Assembly: GCA_965644495.1 (NCBI GenBank) | Contig: CBFFSA010000006.1 | Coordinates: forward strand, 853,724-917,723 | DNA from: Perkinsela sp. CCAP 1560/9 | Lineage: Eukaryota; Protista; Euglenozoa: Kinetoplastea | DNA length: 64,000 nucleotides | Direction of reading: 5' to 3' | Shown: positions 1 to 9,634 of the stretch, one piece after another | Numbering within the stretch: position 1 is the stretch's first letter | How the letters are laid out: every line of letters begins with the position of its first letter | The notes under the pieces: generated by a model | Seen by the model: the letters and a program-made list of their open reading frames with translations, nothing else | Database searches by the model: none | Told to the model about the DNA's origin: nothing | Made by a program: the position numbers and the translations under genes

Positions 1-117
1 TTTTTCTATTAGCAAATTTGCCACGCAGCTTATCTTTATTTTGGTTTTAAGTTGACTTGTCTAGCCTTGGGTATCTTTCATGAATGTAGCGACCTTAGTT
101 TCTAGCGTGCAAGTTGT

Positions 118-1002
118 ATGTTGCAGAACGCTAGGTTAACGCAATTTTGTGCAGAAATGAAGTCTTTTCGCGATCTCTTTCCGCTCTCTGTTCTGTATGA
201 CATGCGTTACATAGCTTTCGGCTTTTTCCTGGGGAAATCAGTTTTGTCTACAGTCTCGTTTTGTCGTGTAGCAGGTGGTTCCATGCATCCTACCCTTCGT
301 GAGAGCACAGGTGATATTGTTCTGCTGTGGAACATTAATTCTATTCGGCATTTTTTAGCTCTTTCAAATAAAGCTTTAGCACTTCAAAAAGGGGTTATTT
401 CTGCAATAAAACATAATTTTTCAAGCGGAGAAAATGGTGAAAATAATTTTTTAAACAGTGATTCCGATCACCTAAATACTTCTGAGGAAGAAGAGGAATT
501 TGGAGGAGTAAAAAGAAGTGGTGCTTTGCTTCATAGCTCTGAAGCATGCGATCCTTGCTCAACTGCTCTGACAAGAGGTGCGATTTATGTCCTCTGGCAC
601 CCATCTCGTCGGTACAGAATTATCAAACGACTTCGATGGTTAAGTGGTGATATCATTCATCTACCTGAGTTCGCCTCCTACGATATCCCAAACGTACAGA
701 AGAAAAATCATATTTCTTTAGTCTCATCAACTTCCACTTTTGCTGATTCGGAACATCGATTCGATAACGTAAATAATCATTTATCTGGTACGCTACTTTC
801 AGAGTATGAAGATACTCTCCCTAATTCAGCAGAATGTTATCATATTCCTTCACAACATATATGGGTGCAAGGAGATAACCGAAACACATCGGAAGATTCT
901 CGTACGTATGGCGCTATTCCTTTTGATGCACTCATAGGGCGTGCAGTTGCAATAGTGTGGCCACCATCAAGATTTTCTTTTCTTCCCACTTTAGAAATTT
1001 AA
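118..1002 (+). CDS. Mitochondrial inner membrane peptidase (S26 family, IMP1/IMP2-like)
   Basis: S26 motifs GGSMHPTL (catalytic Ser), IIKRL (catalytic Lys), WVQGDN..SEDSRTYG and GRAVAIVWPP; start codon uncertain. Confidence 0.85.
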   Translation: MLQNARLTQFCAEMKSFRDLFPLSVLYDMRYIAFGFFLGKSVLSTVSFCRVAGGSMHPTLRESTGDIVLLWNINSIRHFLALSNKALALQKGVISAIKHNFSSGENGENNFLNSDSDHLNTSEEEEEFGGVKRSGALLHSSEACDPCSTALTRGAIYVLWHPSRRYRIIKRLRWLSGDIIHLPEFASYDIPNVQKKNHISLVSSTSTFADSEHRFDNVNNHLSGTLLSEYEDTLPNSAECYHIPSQHIWVQGDNRNTSEDSRTYGAIPFDALIGRAVAIVWPPSRFSFLPTLEI

Positions 1003-1231
1003 CATTGTTCGACTTGAAATGCATTACTGTTTCTTACGCGACGGATTAATCAAGGAATGTCCTCCGTGAGAGCAGAAGCGTTCCTCCTGAACTCTTTTTG
1101 AGCTCACATTCAGAACGCCATTTCTAAAACTGAAAAATAATTGTCCAATATTTTTCTTCCCGACATTATGGGAAGATGCGAGTGAAGCATCGCAATTTTG
1201 AAACAATTATTTATTAAGACTTCTTCGCCCC

Positions 1232-2176
1232 ATGTTTTTAGCTTTATCTTGTGCATTATCGCATTGTAAAAGTGTTTTTTACTGCACCCTACTCTGCACT
1301 TCGAACATGAACTCTACCAACTCCTCAACAACTTCATTTCCGTTTCAGTCTTCGCCTAACGGCACCACGTCCGTGATACAGAACAAAACATCTCATAAAA
1401 CTATCAAGAGATCGCATTCGTCCCCGCACCTGAATCGTACCTCAGTCATCCGCCATTATGGTAAGAAAATACGAGGCGCTCAATTTTCTTCTGAACTACT
1501 TTTCTCTCTTTTTATTTCGAATATCTCTCGACATACGGACGACAAATGGCATACGACTTATCCACCATGCCATTGGCCAGGAGTACAATGTAACGACGAA
1601 TCACATATTACATCCATTAACTGGTTTCGCTATTCTCTGTCTGGCACTCTCACGTGGAAGTACATTCCTTCAACGCTAGTTGCATTCCGCGTCGGGGTGA
1701 ACCAGTTAAAAGGAAGTATTTTTTCCTTCTCTCTTCCTTCTCAATTAAAGACGTTACACTTCAACATTAACGATTTTTCTGGAGATTTTTCTTTGTCTCA
1801 GCTACCGCGCAGCATGTGTTACGTTCGGGGTCAACAAAATGCTCTTTCCGGGGATCTTGACCTAACGGAACTCCCGCCTCCAATCGTTGAATTAAGGCTT
1901 TCACAAAACAACTTTAGCGGCAGTATCGCTTTAAATAGTCTTCCTGAACATTTGGAATGGCTCATGCTTGGTTCTAACTTTTTGGAGGGATCGCTCTGCG
2001 TTGATTATCTACCTAAGTCTTTGATTTGGCTTGAATTAAAGAGGAACCATTTTAGTGGCGTTGTTCACGCTCATGATCTTCCAAATGCTCTTGTGACATT
2101 TGAACTACAAGGCAATAAGATTACAGAGGTTATAGGATTGGATATCTCCAAGAAAAGGTATTGCATTGTCCTTTAA
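1232..2176 (+). CDS. Leucine-rich repeat protein
   Basis: LRRNT-like cap CHWPGVQC followed by ~24-aa repeats LxxNxFSGxxxLxxLP. Confidence 0.8.
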   Translation: MFLALSCALSHCKSVFYCTLLCTSNMNSTNSSTTSFPFQSSPNGTTSVIQNKTSHKTIKRSHSSPHLNRTSVIRHYGKKIRGAQFSSELLFSLFISNISRHTDDKWHTTYPPCHWPGVQCNDESHITSINWFRYSLSGTLTWKYIPSTLVAFRVGVNQLKGSIFSFSLPSQLKTLHFNINDFSGDFSLSQLPRSMCYVRGQQNALSGDLDLTELPPPIVELRLSQNNFSGSIALNSLPEHLEWLMLGSNFLEGSLCVDYLPKSLIWLELKRNHFSGVVHAHDLPNALVTFELQGNKITEVIGLDISKKRYCIVL

Positions 2177-2816
2177 GTGGTGAGTTTATATCCATTATGT
2201 ACATCTACATTGAGTAGGCACCACAATTCTTTACTTCTTTTTCGTTACTTCTTTTTCTTTACATTAATTTTTAGTCTTCCTTCTCATAAATTATAGAGTA
2301 GTTTTTGAGATAGTTTTTTATATTCTTTTCTTCGAGTATATTTTATGAATTTCATGATAGAGCAATATAGAGTATAAAACCAATGTAAGAGTATGCTATT
2401 TTTCGAATAGTTTTTTACATTTCTTGCTGCAAAACTTTTTTTATTTTTTAACACGTCAACTTTTTTATGGCAGTAGTGCAATTTTTGGTTTAAAGTATCT
2501 TTTGGAGTCTTTTTTTCTATTGCTTAAAAAATTCGATTTGAGTCTGTACAGTCCTTGCTTCAAACGGAACAACATTTACTCATTAACATGTGTATCTGTA
2601 TTTGATTCTTAGAGAAACGTTGTTTCTTATTTTTGACTTTTATACTTTTATGTGTTTTAGGCAATTTGCCATGGATATCAACTTACTGGTTTATACTTGT
2701 TTTAATTTCTCTTCCTGTATTCTCGAATTTTTTTGAAGCCAACAAATAGTGATTTCCATAAAAACGGTTATTTTTATAACACGGTTATTGGCTACAATAG
2801 AATTTAGTTATCTAAC

Positions 2817-5800
2817 ATGTGGTGTCGACGTTTCTCTCCATATCAAGCTATTACTGGAGTCTTCCAATTTTCGTATTGCTCTTTATCTGGAAAATCTATT
2901 GAAGACTTTCTTTCCGGATTTGCTAAGCAATCAGGTAATTCCAATAAGATACGAGACGAGAAAGAAATTTCAATTTCTTCCAATTCCAAGTCGCCCAATT
3001 CCAATTTTTTGAAATCTCCGAATACTCCGTATCGCTCAAATTGTGACAATTTGTCCTCTGATGGTAGTCACCAGGATGTACACCAAATGGACGATATGGT
3101 TCGTCCGAATCGATCAAACATGACTCATGTGGTTGTACAAGTACGCAAGAAACGTCGTAACGACTCTTCTTACATGCCCAACAAGGTTGTTTCCATTGCG
3201 GCACATCACTGTAATACGCGACGTCCTCCAATTCTTTTCGTACTAGCTGGTTCGAGTACTACTCTTGCCGCTGCCCTTCCCAATGGTAAATTTGCATCGT
3301 TCGTTAATACATCTTCAACTCACAGTTCAGATGATTATTTCATTGATCAAATTAGTAAAGATATTCTTCAATTTTTGCGTTCTTCTGCTCCAAATCATAC
3401 CTACGTGTGCTTCCAAGCTACATCTGGAGGCATTGTCAGTCGCGTGTTGCATCGATGGCACTCTACAAGCGCAGCAATTGGAGAAATTGAATTCACGTGC
3501 TCTTTGCCATACTTCGTTGGACATATTAGTCGCAATCATCGTCGACTTTCGTATCCATATACACCTTTAACTGTTTCGGAATTATATCGATGCTTTTCTT
3601 TGCCCAGGCCTTCTGAACTATTGACTCCGAGCAAAGAGAGCGAAACTTATAAAAATGAGTCCGACTCAGACACTGGAAAACTGAATAAAACCGGTCTTGT
3701 TTCGCTGGAAAACTTTGAAGAGCATATACTGGATGTGCTTCCATCCGTTGAGAGTGGTTTAAAAAGCAACTTTACAAAGTCTCCATTAGGGGACTCTGTT
3801 TCAGATGCCTTGGACGCACAAGCGTTTCTGCAGATCTATCTCAAACACTTGCACTTTGGTCAAACATGTGAATTTTTGGGTACATCCAGTAAAGCTCGGC
3901 ATGGGCGTATGTCAAAGTTCTCCGAAGTTTTTGTCGCTTCCATGAGTTCCCCTTGGTGTATTATTTTAGCCCATATCTATAAATGTACTAGCGCACCATC
4001 AATTCCTGACAAGCTCTCTCCTGGCAAGGCTGAAACCTCGCGCTCGTTCACTGTTCCAGCGTCGCATATTGGTTGTGACATTTTTGTGCCTTCAACGCAA
4101 GAGGAACGAAGTTTTTACGGCAATACTCGAGAGCAAGTTGTATCATCGGTGGAAATATGGCTTAGGAATCGCTCTTCCGAAGTTTCTCGTCGTTGTCTGA
4201 TATTCCATACTCTTCACGAATCAATGGTCCTTATGATGTCTTCATTCAAGAAACTTTCGTGCAAGGTGCATCACTTATCACTCGCTGAAATTTTTCCGAA
4301 TCTTCCTATTCCTCACTTTTTTTCGCTACACAGTAGCTACAAAACGCCTCCCAGCGACGATTCCTCGTCTGTTTCTCGGTTGTGGAAATACTGGTTAAGT
4401 CAATTTTCAAAAATATCTCAGGATTCTTCAAATGTACTTCACCGAATCATAATCAGCGAGCTACAGTACCGGTATTCTCAGATGACTAACAAAGAAATTT
4501 TTCAGGAGGCTCGTGAAAAACGTGAAGGCGATTCTCATAAAAGAATGGATCATTCAGAAACGAAACACTTACCGAAAGTGCATCAGACAATTGTTATTGG
4601 CTCTCCCAAGAGTAAATCTCAGGCAGATCATCGTGAAGAAATGCTTGAGAAACGTAATGAAACTGACGATTGGTATGCTTTCCAGACGGATGTTTCACGA
4701 CTTGAGCGAGAAGAGAATTCTGCTGCACGTCACAGAAAGTGTATATTTCTACATCTTGAAAAGACAAAGCGTGTAGGAACTCAAGTGCAATTCGTACTCT
4801 GGGTTGCTTCTCCAGTGGATATAAGCGATGGAACCACTTTCACAAATCTTACTCTGGAGCAATCTCAAGTGGATCCCCAAGTCTTGCTCACAATTAAGGG
4901 CGTCATGCCGTCGCTTGAAAATGTATGCGTTATCGTTGCCGTCGACATGAAGCTTTTGATAAATTTTCTTATGAGTTTGTCATGTGTACAGGAATTTTTG
5001 GCGAACGGAGGAATACTTTGGAGTTCTATCTATGCCGAACATTTATTGAACGCGCGAGTGGACCTTCCACCTGACGTTTTAACTTTTTCTCCTGAGAAAG
5101 AAGGCTCACGTTTTGGTGAAAATGATTCCATAGACAATGTCAACACTGCAACCTATAACAAAACCATTCTTCCTACTTTGCAGCACATACAAACTACTTA
5201 TTCTAAGCAAATTCACCGAGCTGTACTTTCACGCCAGCTTCTCACGATCAGTTCATCGATGTCTTCCGTGTTTCTGACGCATGAGATTGGTAAACAAGGA
5301 ATTTATGTAAGTATTTCAAAACTAGAATCCGCACGGGTTCTTGCAAAACAACTTCTCGAGCAGTACAAGAACAATTTGAATCTGGCGTTACCGCCCCACG
5401 TGCGTTCACTTTTTAAATGGGAAGATACACATCATATATGGGCATTTTTCCATGGAGGTAAATTGAACAAACCAATAACATCATTGAACTCTACAAGTAC
5501 GTTAATCTTACCGGAGGATCCAACTGCAGCAGTTGAACTTGCTTGTGTTTCACAAAATGAAAGGGCGTCTGAAATATTGGACTCAGAGAAGTATTTAATA
5601 CCCTATTGCCTGAAATATCAATTGTTAACAAATATTGCGGTGAGCTCCGAGGAGCTCGTGCAAACTATACGATCATCTTTGATTGAAAAGTATATTCCCA
5701 ATAAAGATGAAAACAGTCGAGCCAAGGACAGTGGTTTTCCTCTTTCGCAGCAGCTTCTCAGCGTTTTCCATCTTCCTTACCGTATTATCTTAGCCGCAGT

Positions 5801-7547
5801 CAAGACCACCGGATATGACCTTCGGGAGGATCACGTTTTACACGCCGTGTTCTTTGATCCTCTGTTAGGGAAAGAAATATCACCACCCTTTTATGCTGCA
5901 AAAGGTAAAGCTCTTTCTTACCTCATTCTTGCTTGTCACATGTCTACATATGCAGAACATTTCCTTCAAACCTTTATACAAACGAAGCTAAGTTCCAATC
6001 TTCGAAACCAGAAAACCGAAAGGCCGTTGGCACCGCTTTACTTCGTGAATGCAACATCTTTAGTGACAGATAGCATTTCCTTATCGGGTCTACAAACTCC
6101 TAAATCTACTTCGAATAGCACTCCCGCACCATGTCGCACGCGACTGAGTAAAAAATTTTGTGGACAAGAATATACTAAGTCTCTGATCGCCGAATGTAAG
6201 GATCTTTGGACGTCATTGTGTCAGAATTGCAATGGAGATGTGCTTTCGGCTATAGGAAAAGCAGTTGGAACCAGAAATGATCCTTTTCTTCGTCGCGCTC
6301 CTGATCAGAGTCAGGACGATATTATTCTTCCCGGTATTCTTCCCGATAAAATTAAAGAGAGTGTCTCGATGTCATCAACTGAGTTTAGTGTAGATCTTTT
6401 GGATGCATGGTCCACGGAGGGCATACCTGAAGCATTCTGGCTCGCGGAAGTTTTTCGCTTACAGCGCTCTTTACAGCTTTATTTCGCCCGTGAGCGTGGC
6501 ATCCTAGCCCACGTCAATCCGGATACTTCCCTCATTCATGCAAATTTTGCGTATGACCAAACACGAACTGGACGCCTTGTGTGTAGCTCTCCGAATATGT
6601 TAGGCATCCCTAAGGGAAATATTCGCACTGCTTTTACCTCTCGATTCGGCTCCTCAGGGGTAATACTGGACATTGACTACTCTATGGTAGAACTTGTCAC
6701 GCTAGCTCTTTTATGTCAGGACAAAAATATGCTTCAGGATGTATCTAACAATGTGGACTTTCACAGTCGCAACGTTACTGTTCTCCGTAAAGATTTGTCG
6801 TACGAACAGGTGCTTCTGAGTTGCAGAAGAAAGAATAAGGAAGTTCTTCGACTTCGTGAAAAGGCGAAGCTTTTTGCTTTTCAGCGAATTTATGGTGCAT
6901 CAGTACAAACTCTCTCGAAGGGTAGCGGTTTGTCAATTCAGGAAGTGAGAAAATTAATATGGTCCGAAAATGAGACTTATCCATCTATTAAAGCGTATTT
7001 TCGGAGTTTTGCCAAATACGTTCGACGTTTCCGTCCTCTTCTTCAACACAGCCAAGGTGGCTATCAAAGTGAGTTCGTTTATGATGGTGTAGGCATAATA
7101 CCTTCAGGAAATCGTTTTTGCTTCCATGAGGTCGGTGTTAACTTTCCGGGTTTTTCTTCTACCCATCTCCGAAACTATCCAGTACAAGGCTTAGCTGCTG
7201 AAATTATCATTTATACAACAAGTCAACTTCTTCGACGTCTTCTCAAGCGGAACTACTATGAGCGTCGAGCTTTTCTTGTGAATTTAGTGCATGATAGTAT
7301 AGTTATGGATGTGCATGAAGAGGTGTTAGAGGAGGTACTCTCGGAAGCCTATGGGGTGTTAACCAATGTGAAGGGCGGTTGGGGTTCATTTTTTCCGGAG
7401 TTCCCATGGAATAAATCTCTCTTTCGAGTAGAGGTGAAGGCTGGTCGAGATGCCGCACATATGGTTACCCTTCAAGGCCCTCCTTTTCCATCGTCCCAAG
7501 AAATAATTAAATCGATTTCGGAAGCTCCTGAGATATGCGAAGAGTAG
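2817..7547 (+). CDS. Family A mitochondrial DNA polymerase, kinetoplastid PolIB-like
   Basis: TRTGRLVCSSPN, motif A DIDYSMVEL, motif B REKAKLFAFQRIYGAS, HLRNYPVQG, motif C VNLVHDS; large insertion in the thumb region; basic N-terminus. Confidence 0.85.
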   Translation: MWCRRFSPYQAITGVFQFSYCSLSGKSIEDFLSGFAKQSGNSNKIRDEKEISISSNSKSPNSNFLKSPNTPYRSNCDNLSSDGSHQDVHQMDDMVRPNRSNMTHVVVQVRKKRRNDSSYMPNKVVSIAAHHCNTRRPPILFVLAGSSTTLAAALPNGKFASFVNTSSTHSSDDYFIDQISKDILQFLRSSAPNHTYVCFQATSGGIVSRVLHRWHSTSAAIGEIEFTCSLPYFVGHISRNHRRLSYPYTPLTVSELYRCFSLPRPSELLTPSKESETYKNESDSDTGKLNKTGLVSLENFEEHILDVLPSVESGLKSNFTKSPLGDSVSDALDAQAFLQIYLKHLHFGQTCEFLGTSSKARHGRMSKFSEVFVASMSSPWCIILAHIYKCTSAPSIPDKLSPGKAETSRSFTVPASHIGCDIFVPSTQEERSFYGNTREQVVSSVEIWLRNRSSEVSRRCLIFHTLHESMVLMMSSFKKLSCKVHHLSLAEIFPNLPIPHFFSLHSSYKTPPSDDSSSVSRLWKYWLSQFSKISQDSSNVLHRIIISELQYRYSQMTNKEIFQEAREKREGDSHKRMDHSETKHLPKVHQTIVIGSPKSKSQADHREEMLEKRNETDDWYAFQTDVSRLEREENSAARHRKCIFLHLEKTKRVGTQVQFVLWVASPVDISDGTTFTNLTLEQSQVDPQVLLTIKGVMPSLENVCVIVAVDMKLLINFLMSLSCVQEFLANGGILWSSIYAEHLLNARVDLPPDVLTFSPEKEGSRFGENDSIDNVNTATYNKTILPTLQHIQTTYSKQIHRAVLSRQLLTISSSMSSVFLTHEIGKQGIYVSISKLESARVLAKQLLEQYKNNLNLALPPHVRSLFKWEDTHHIWAFFHGGKLNKPITSLNSTSTLILPEDPTAAVELACVSQNERASEILDSEKYLIPYCLKYQLLTNIAVSSEELVQTIRSSLIEKYIPNKDENSRAKDSGFPLSQQLLSVFHLPYRIILAAVKTTGYDLREDHVLHAVFFDPLLGKEISPPFYAAKGKALSYLILACHMSTYAEHFLQTFIQTKLSSNLRNQKTERPLAPLYFVNATSLVTDSISLSGLQTPKSTSNSTPAPCRTRLSKKFCGQEYTKSLIAECKDLWTSLCQNCNGDVLSAIGKAVGTRNDPFLRRAPDQSQDDIILPGILPDKIKESVSMSSTEFSVDLLDAWSTEGIPEAFWLAEVFRLQRSLQLYFARERGILAHVNPDTSLIHANFAYDQTRTGRLVCSSPNMLGIPKGNIRTAFTSRFGSSGVILDIDYSMVELVTLALLCQDKNMLQDVSNNVDFHSRNVTVLRKDLSYEQVLLSCRRKNKEVLRLREKAKLFAFQRIYGASVQTLSKGSGLSIQEVRKLIWSENETYPSIKAYFRSFAKYVRRFRPLLQHSQGGYQSEFVYDGVGIIPSGNRFCFHEVGVNFPGFSSTHLRNYPVQGLAAEIIIYTTSQLLRRLLKRNYYERRAFLVNLVHDSIVMDVHEEVLEEVLSEAYGVLTNVKGGWGSFFPEFPWNKSLFRVEVKAGRDAAHMVTLQGPPFPSSQEIIKSISEAPEICEE

Positions 7548-8081
7548 AGATTGAACGCTATATTTAATTGGATATTCAAACAACGTAGCAAGTTTCGGAT
7601 TAGTTAGCGCTCAAATTTTGGTCATTATTATTTTTTCTGCCGAGTTATGTCTACATCACGGTTAAAAACAGTAGGCTTGTATTTTTTAGGTTAAAAGCAT
7701 ATCGCTATCTGGTACTCACAAAGTTTAAAACATTCTTTACCTTTTACAGTTTCCCTCTTTTATCCTCCATATGCGTTCATGTTTTTTAATCCTTCATTTT
7801 CTAAATTTTGTAATCACTTTAAAGTGTGCTAAACTAAGTTAAGTGTTTCTAAAAGTGCCATAAAATGTGTAAAATACAAAATCCTTAGAAGGGTTGCATT
7901 GGTCCCTAATATCATGCAGAGCTTTGAACTGCGTGCAAGGACTTGATTTTTCTGATTCTTCACTTTTTTTGCATTAATCACTTTTCTATTTTTCTTCTTT
8001 TAGCTAACGAAGTCTATTTGTAATGCATTACTACCATGCAATTCTACAAGAACTGAATCCTCATCTGGTCTTCGCATTATC

Positions 8082-8393
8082 ATGAGTGCCTTTCCTTTTT
8101 CCCCGAATTCTGCGCTTTTTTTCTGGGCTCACCTAGTCTTATCAATAGCTAAAAATCTAGTCTCGTTTCTACTGGGGATTGTGTGTAGTATTCTTATGCG
8201 ATTTTGGCTTCCGTTTTCCACTTCGACCTCGAAGTCCTTGATGAGTAATACATTAGGCATGGTAGGCATTGGAATATTCGTGCACGCCGTACAGATGTGG
8301 GATAAGCATCGTAAAGTGGCACAGACATCTCATCGTGCCGCGGAAGAAATTTGGAAAGATGCCATGCGAAGGCATAGAAATGACTTAGACTAA
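8082..8393 (+). CDS. Small putative membrane protein, unknown function
   Basis: ATG-started ORF on the cluster strand with 2-3 hydrophobic stretches and a charged C-terminus. Confidence 0.45.
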   Translation: MSAFPFSPNSALFFWAHLVLSIAKNLVSFLLGIVCSILMRFWLPFSTSTSKSLMSNTLGMVGIGIFVHAVQMWDKHRKVAQTSHRAAEEIWKDAMRRHRNDLD

Positions 8394-8543
8394 TTTGTTG
8401 AAGTCAGCAGCGATTTTGCCTAAAACAGCAGCGATTTTCTTGCTTTTAAGCAGTGTGTCTTCATTCGCTTCTGTTTTTCAATTGTTTTATTTTCAATTAT
8501 TTATTGTTTTTCAATTGTTTTGTTTCAATTCTTTTAGATAATA

Positions 8544-8623
8544 CCGTTCCCTCCCCTTACTTCATCTCCCCTATTACTTCACCACAAGCCCATCGGTGCC
8601 CCAGTGGTGAAGAGGTGTAACGG
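8544..8623. mobile_element. 80-bp MITE, TA-CCGTT...AACGG-TA
   Basis: TA flanks, CCGTT termini, internal cttacttcaccac motif shared with the element at 30431-31453. Confidence 0.7.
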
Positions 8624-8761
8624 TATAAACGCAACATACAGTATAGAAATAGAAAATTGTATAAATTTGAAAACGTTTTAGCATCTTAACTTCACCGTAA
8701 ACAGGGTTGATTCCTTCTTTCTTACTTTTGTTATTCTTCCACACTCTTCTGTCTCTCTTTC

Positions 8762-9505
8762 ATGTTTTTTCTCCCACCCCCCATCGGGTTCACATTCTGT
8801 ATCCCACACCTGCATCTTGTTTCCTCACTCGACACCTGTTCTTCTCACCGAGTTCGCGGCTCATCACTTCCTTTAGAATACGACTTGGAGCGTTTTATCC
8901 ACTCAGTAAGCCACACCCACCCCTCATGGACGACTCACACGCCTGGATGCCTTTGGTATGGGGTGCGATGTGAGGGCTCGGGAAAATGGGCTACCTCACT
9001 TTTATGGAATTCTGTAGGTGTAAGTGGTTCGCTACATTGGTCATGGCTTCCTTCAGCACTGCAGCAACTCCAACTTTCCGGTAACTGTCTCTACGGTGTC
9101 ATAGGGATTTCTCATTTTCCAGAAACCATGTGCAATGCGGATTTGAGCCAAAATGGGTTCTCGGGAGATGTTTGTCTCGCTGAGCTGCCACCGGATATGC
9201 GGACGATCGATTTTAGTAAGAATTTATTAGGAGGCGAGCTTGCACTAGAATCACTTCCCTCACAAATTACAAATCTGAGCGTTAATTTTAATCAATTTGT
9301 CGGTGAACTCATACTAATACATTTGCCTACGAGTTTACTGATCATGGATTTTAGTTTCAACGATTTTATTGGCACTGTGGATGTGAGTGCAATTAATGAT
9401 AACGTCTTACTACTTAATTTACGTGAAAATCGCTTTTCTGCTATTCAGCCCACACAATACGAATCTTTTATCTTCTTTCTACCTCAGCAAGACGAGCTTC
9501 AATAA
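8762..9505 (+). CDS. Leucine-rich repeat protein (paralog of 1232-2176)
   Basis: CLWYGVRC cap plus LxxNxFxG..LxxLP repeats. Confidence 0.8.
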   Translation: MFFLPPPIGFTFCIPHLHLVSSLDTCSSHRVRGSSLPLEYDLERFIHSVSHTHPSWTTHTPGCLWYGVRCEGSGKWATSLLWNSVGVSGSLHWSWLPSALQQLQLSGNCLYGVIGISHFPETMCNADLSQNGFSGDVCLAELPPDMRTIDFSKNLLGGELALESLPSQITNLSVNFNQFVGELILIHLPTSLLIMDFSFNDFIGTVDVSAINDNVLLLNLRENRFSAIQPTQYESFIFFLPQQDELQ

Positions 9506-9634
9506 TCTGTCGACATTTCCATAGTTCAAAATTGGCATCTCATGATCCTAATTCTACATGGGCTTTACTTTGAAAGAAAATCTTCCTTCATCATTTTCTT
9601 GTATTCTTTGTATTAATCTAATATCAATGTAAAT

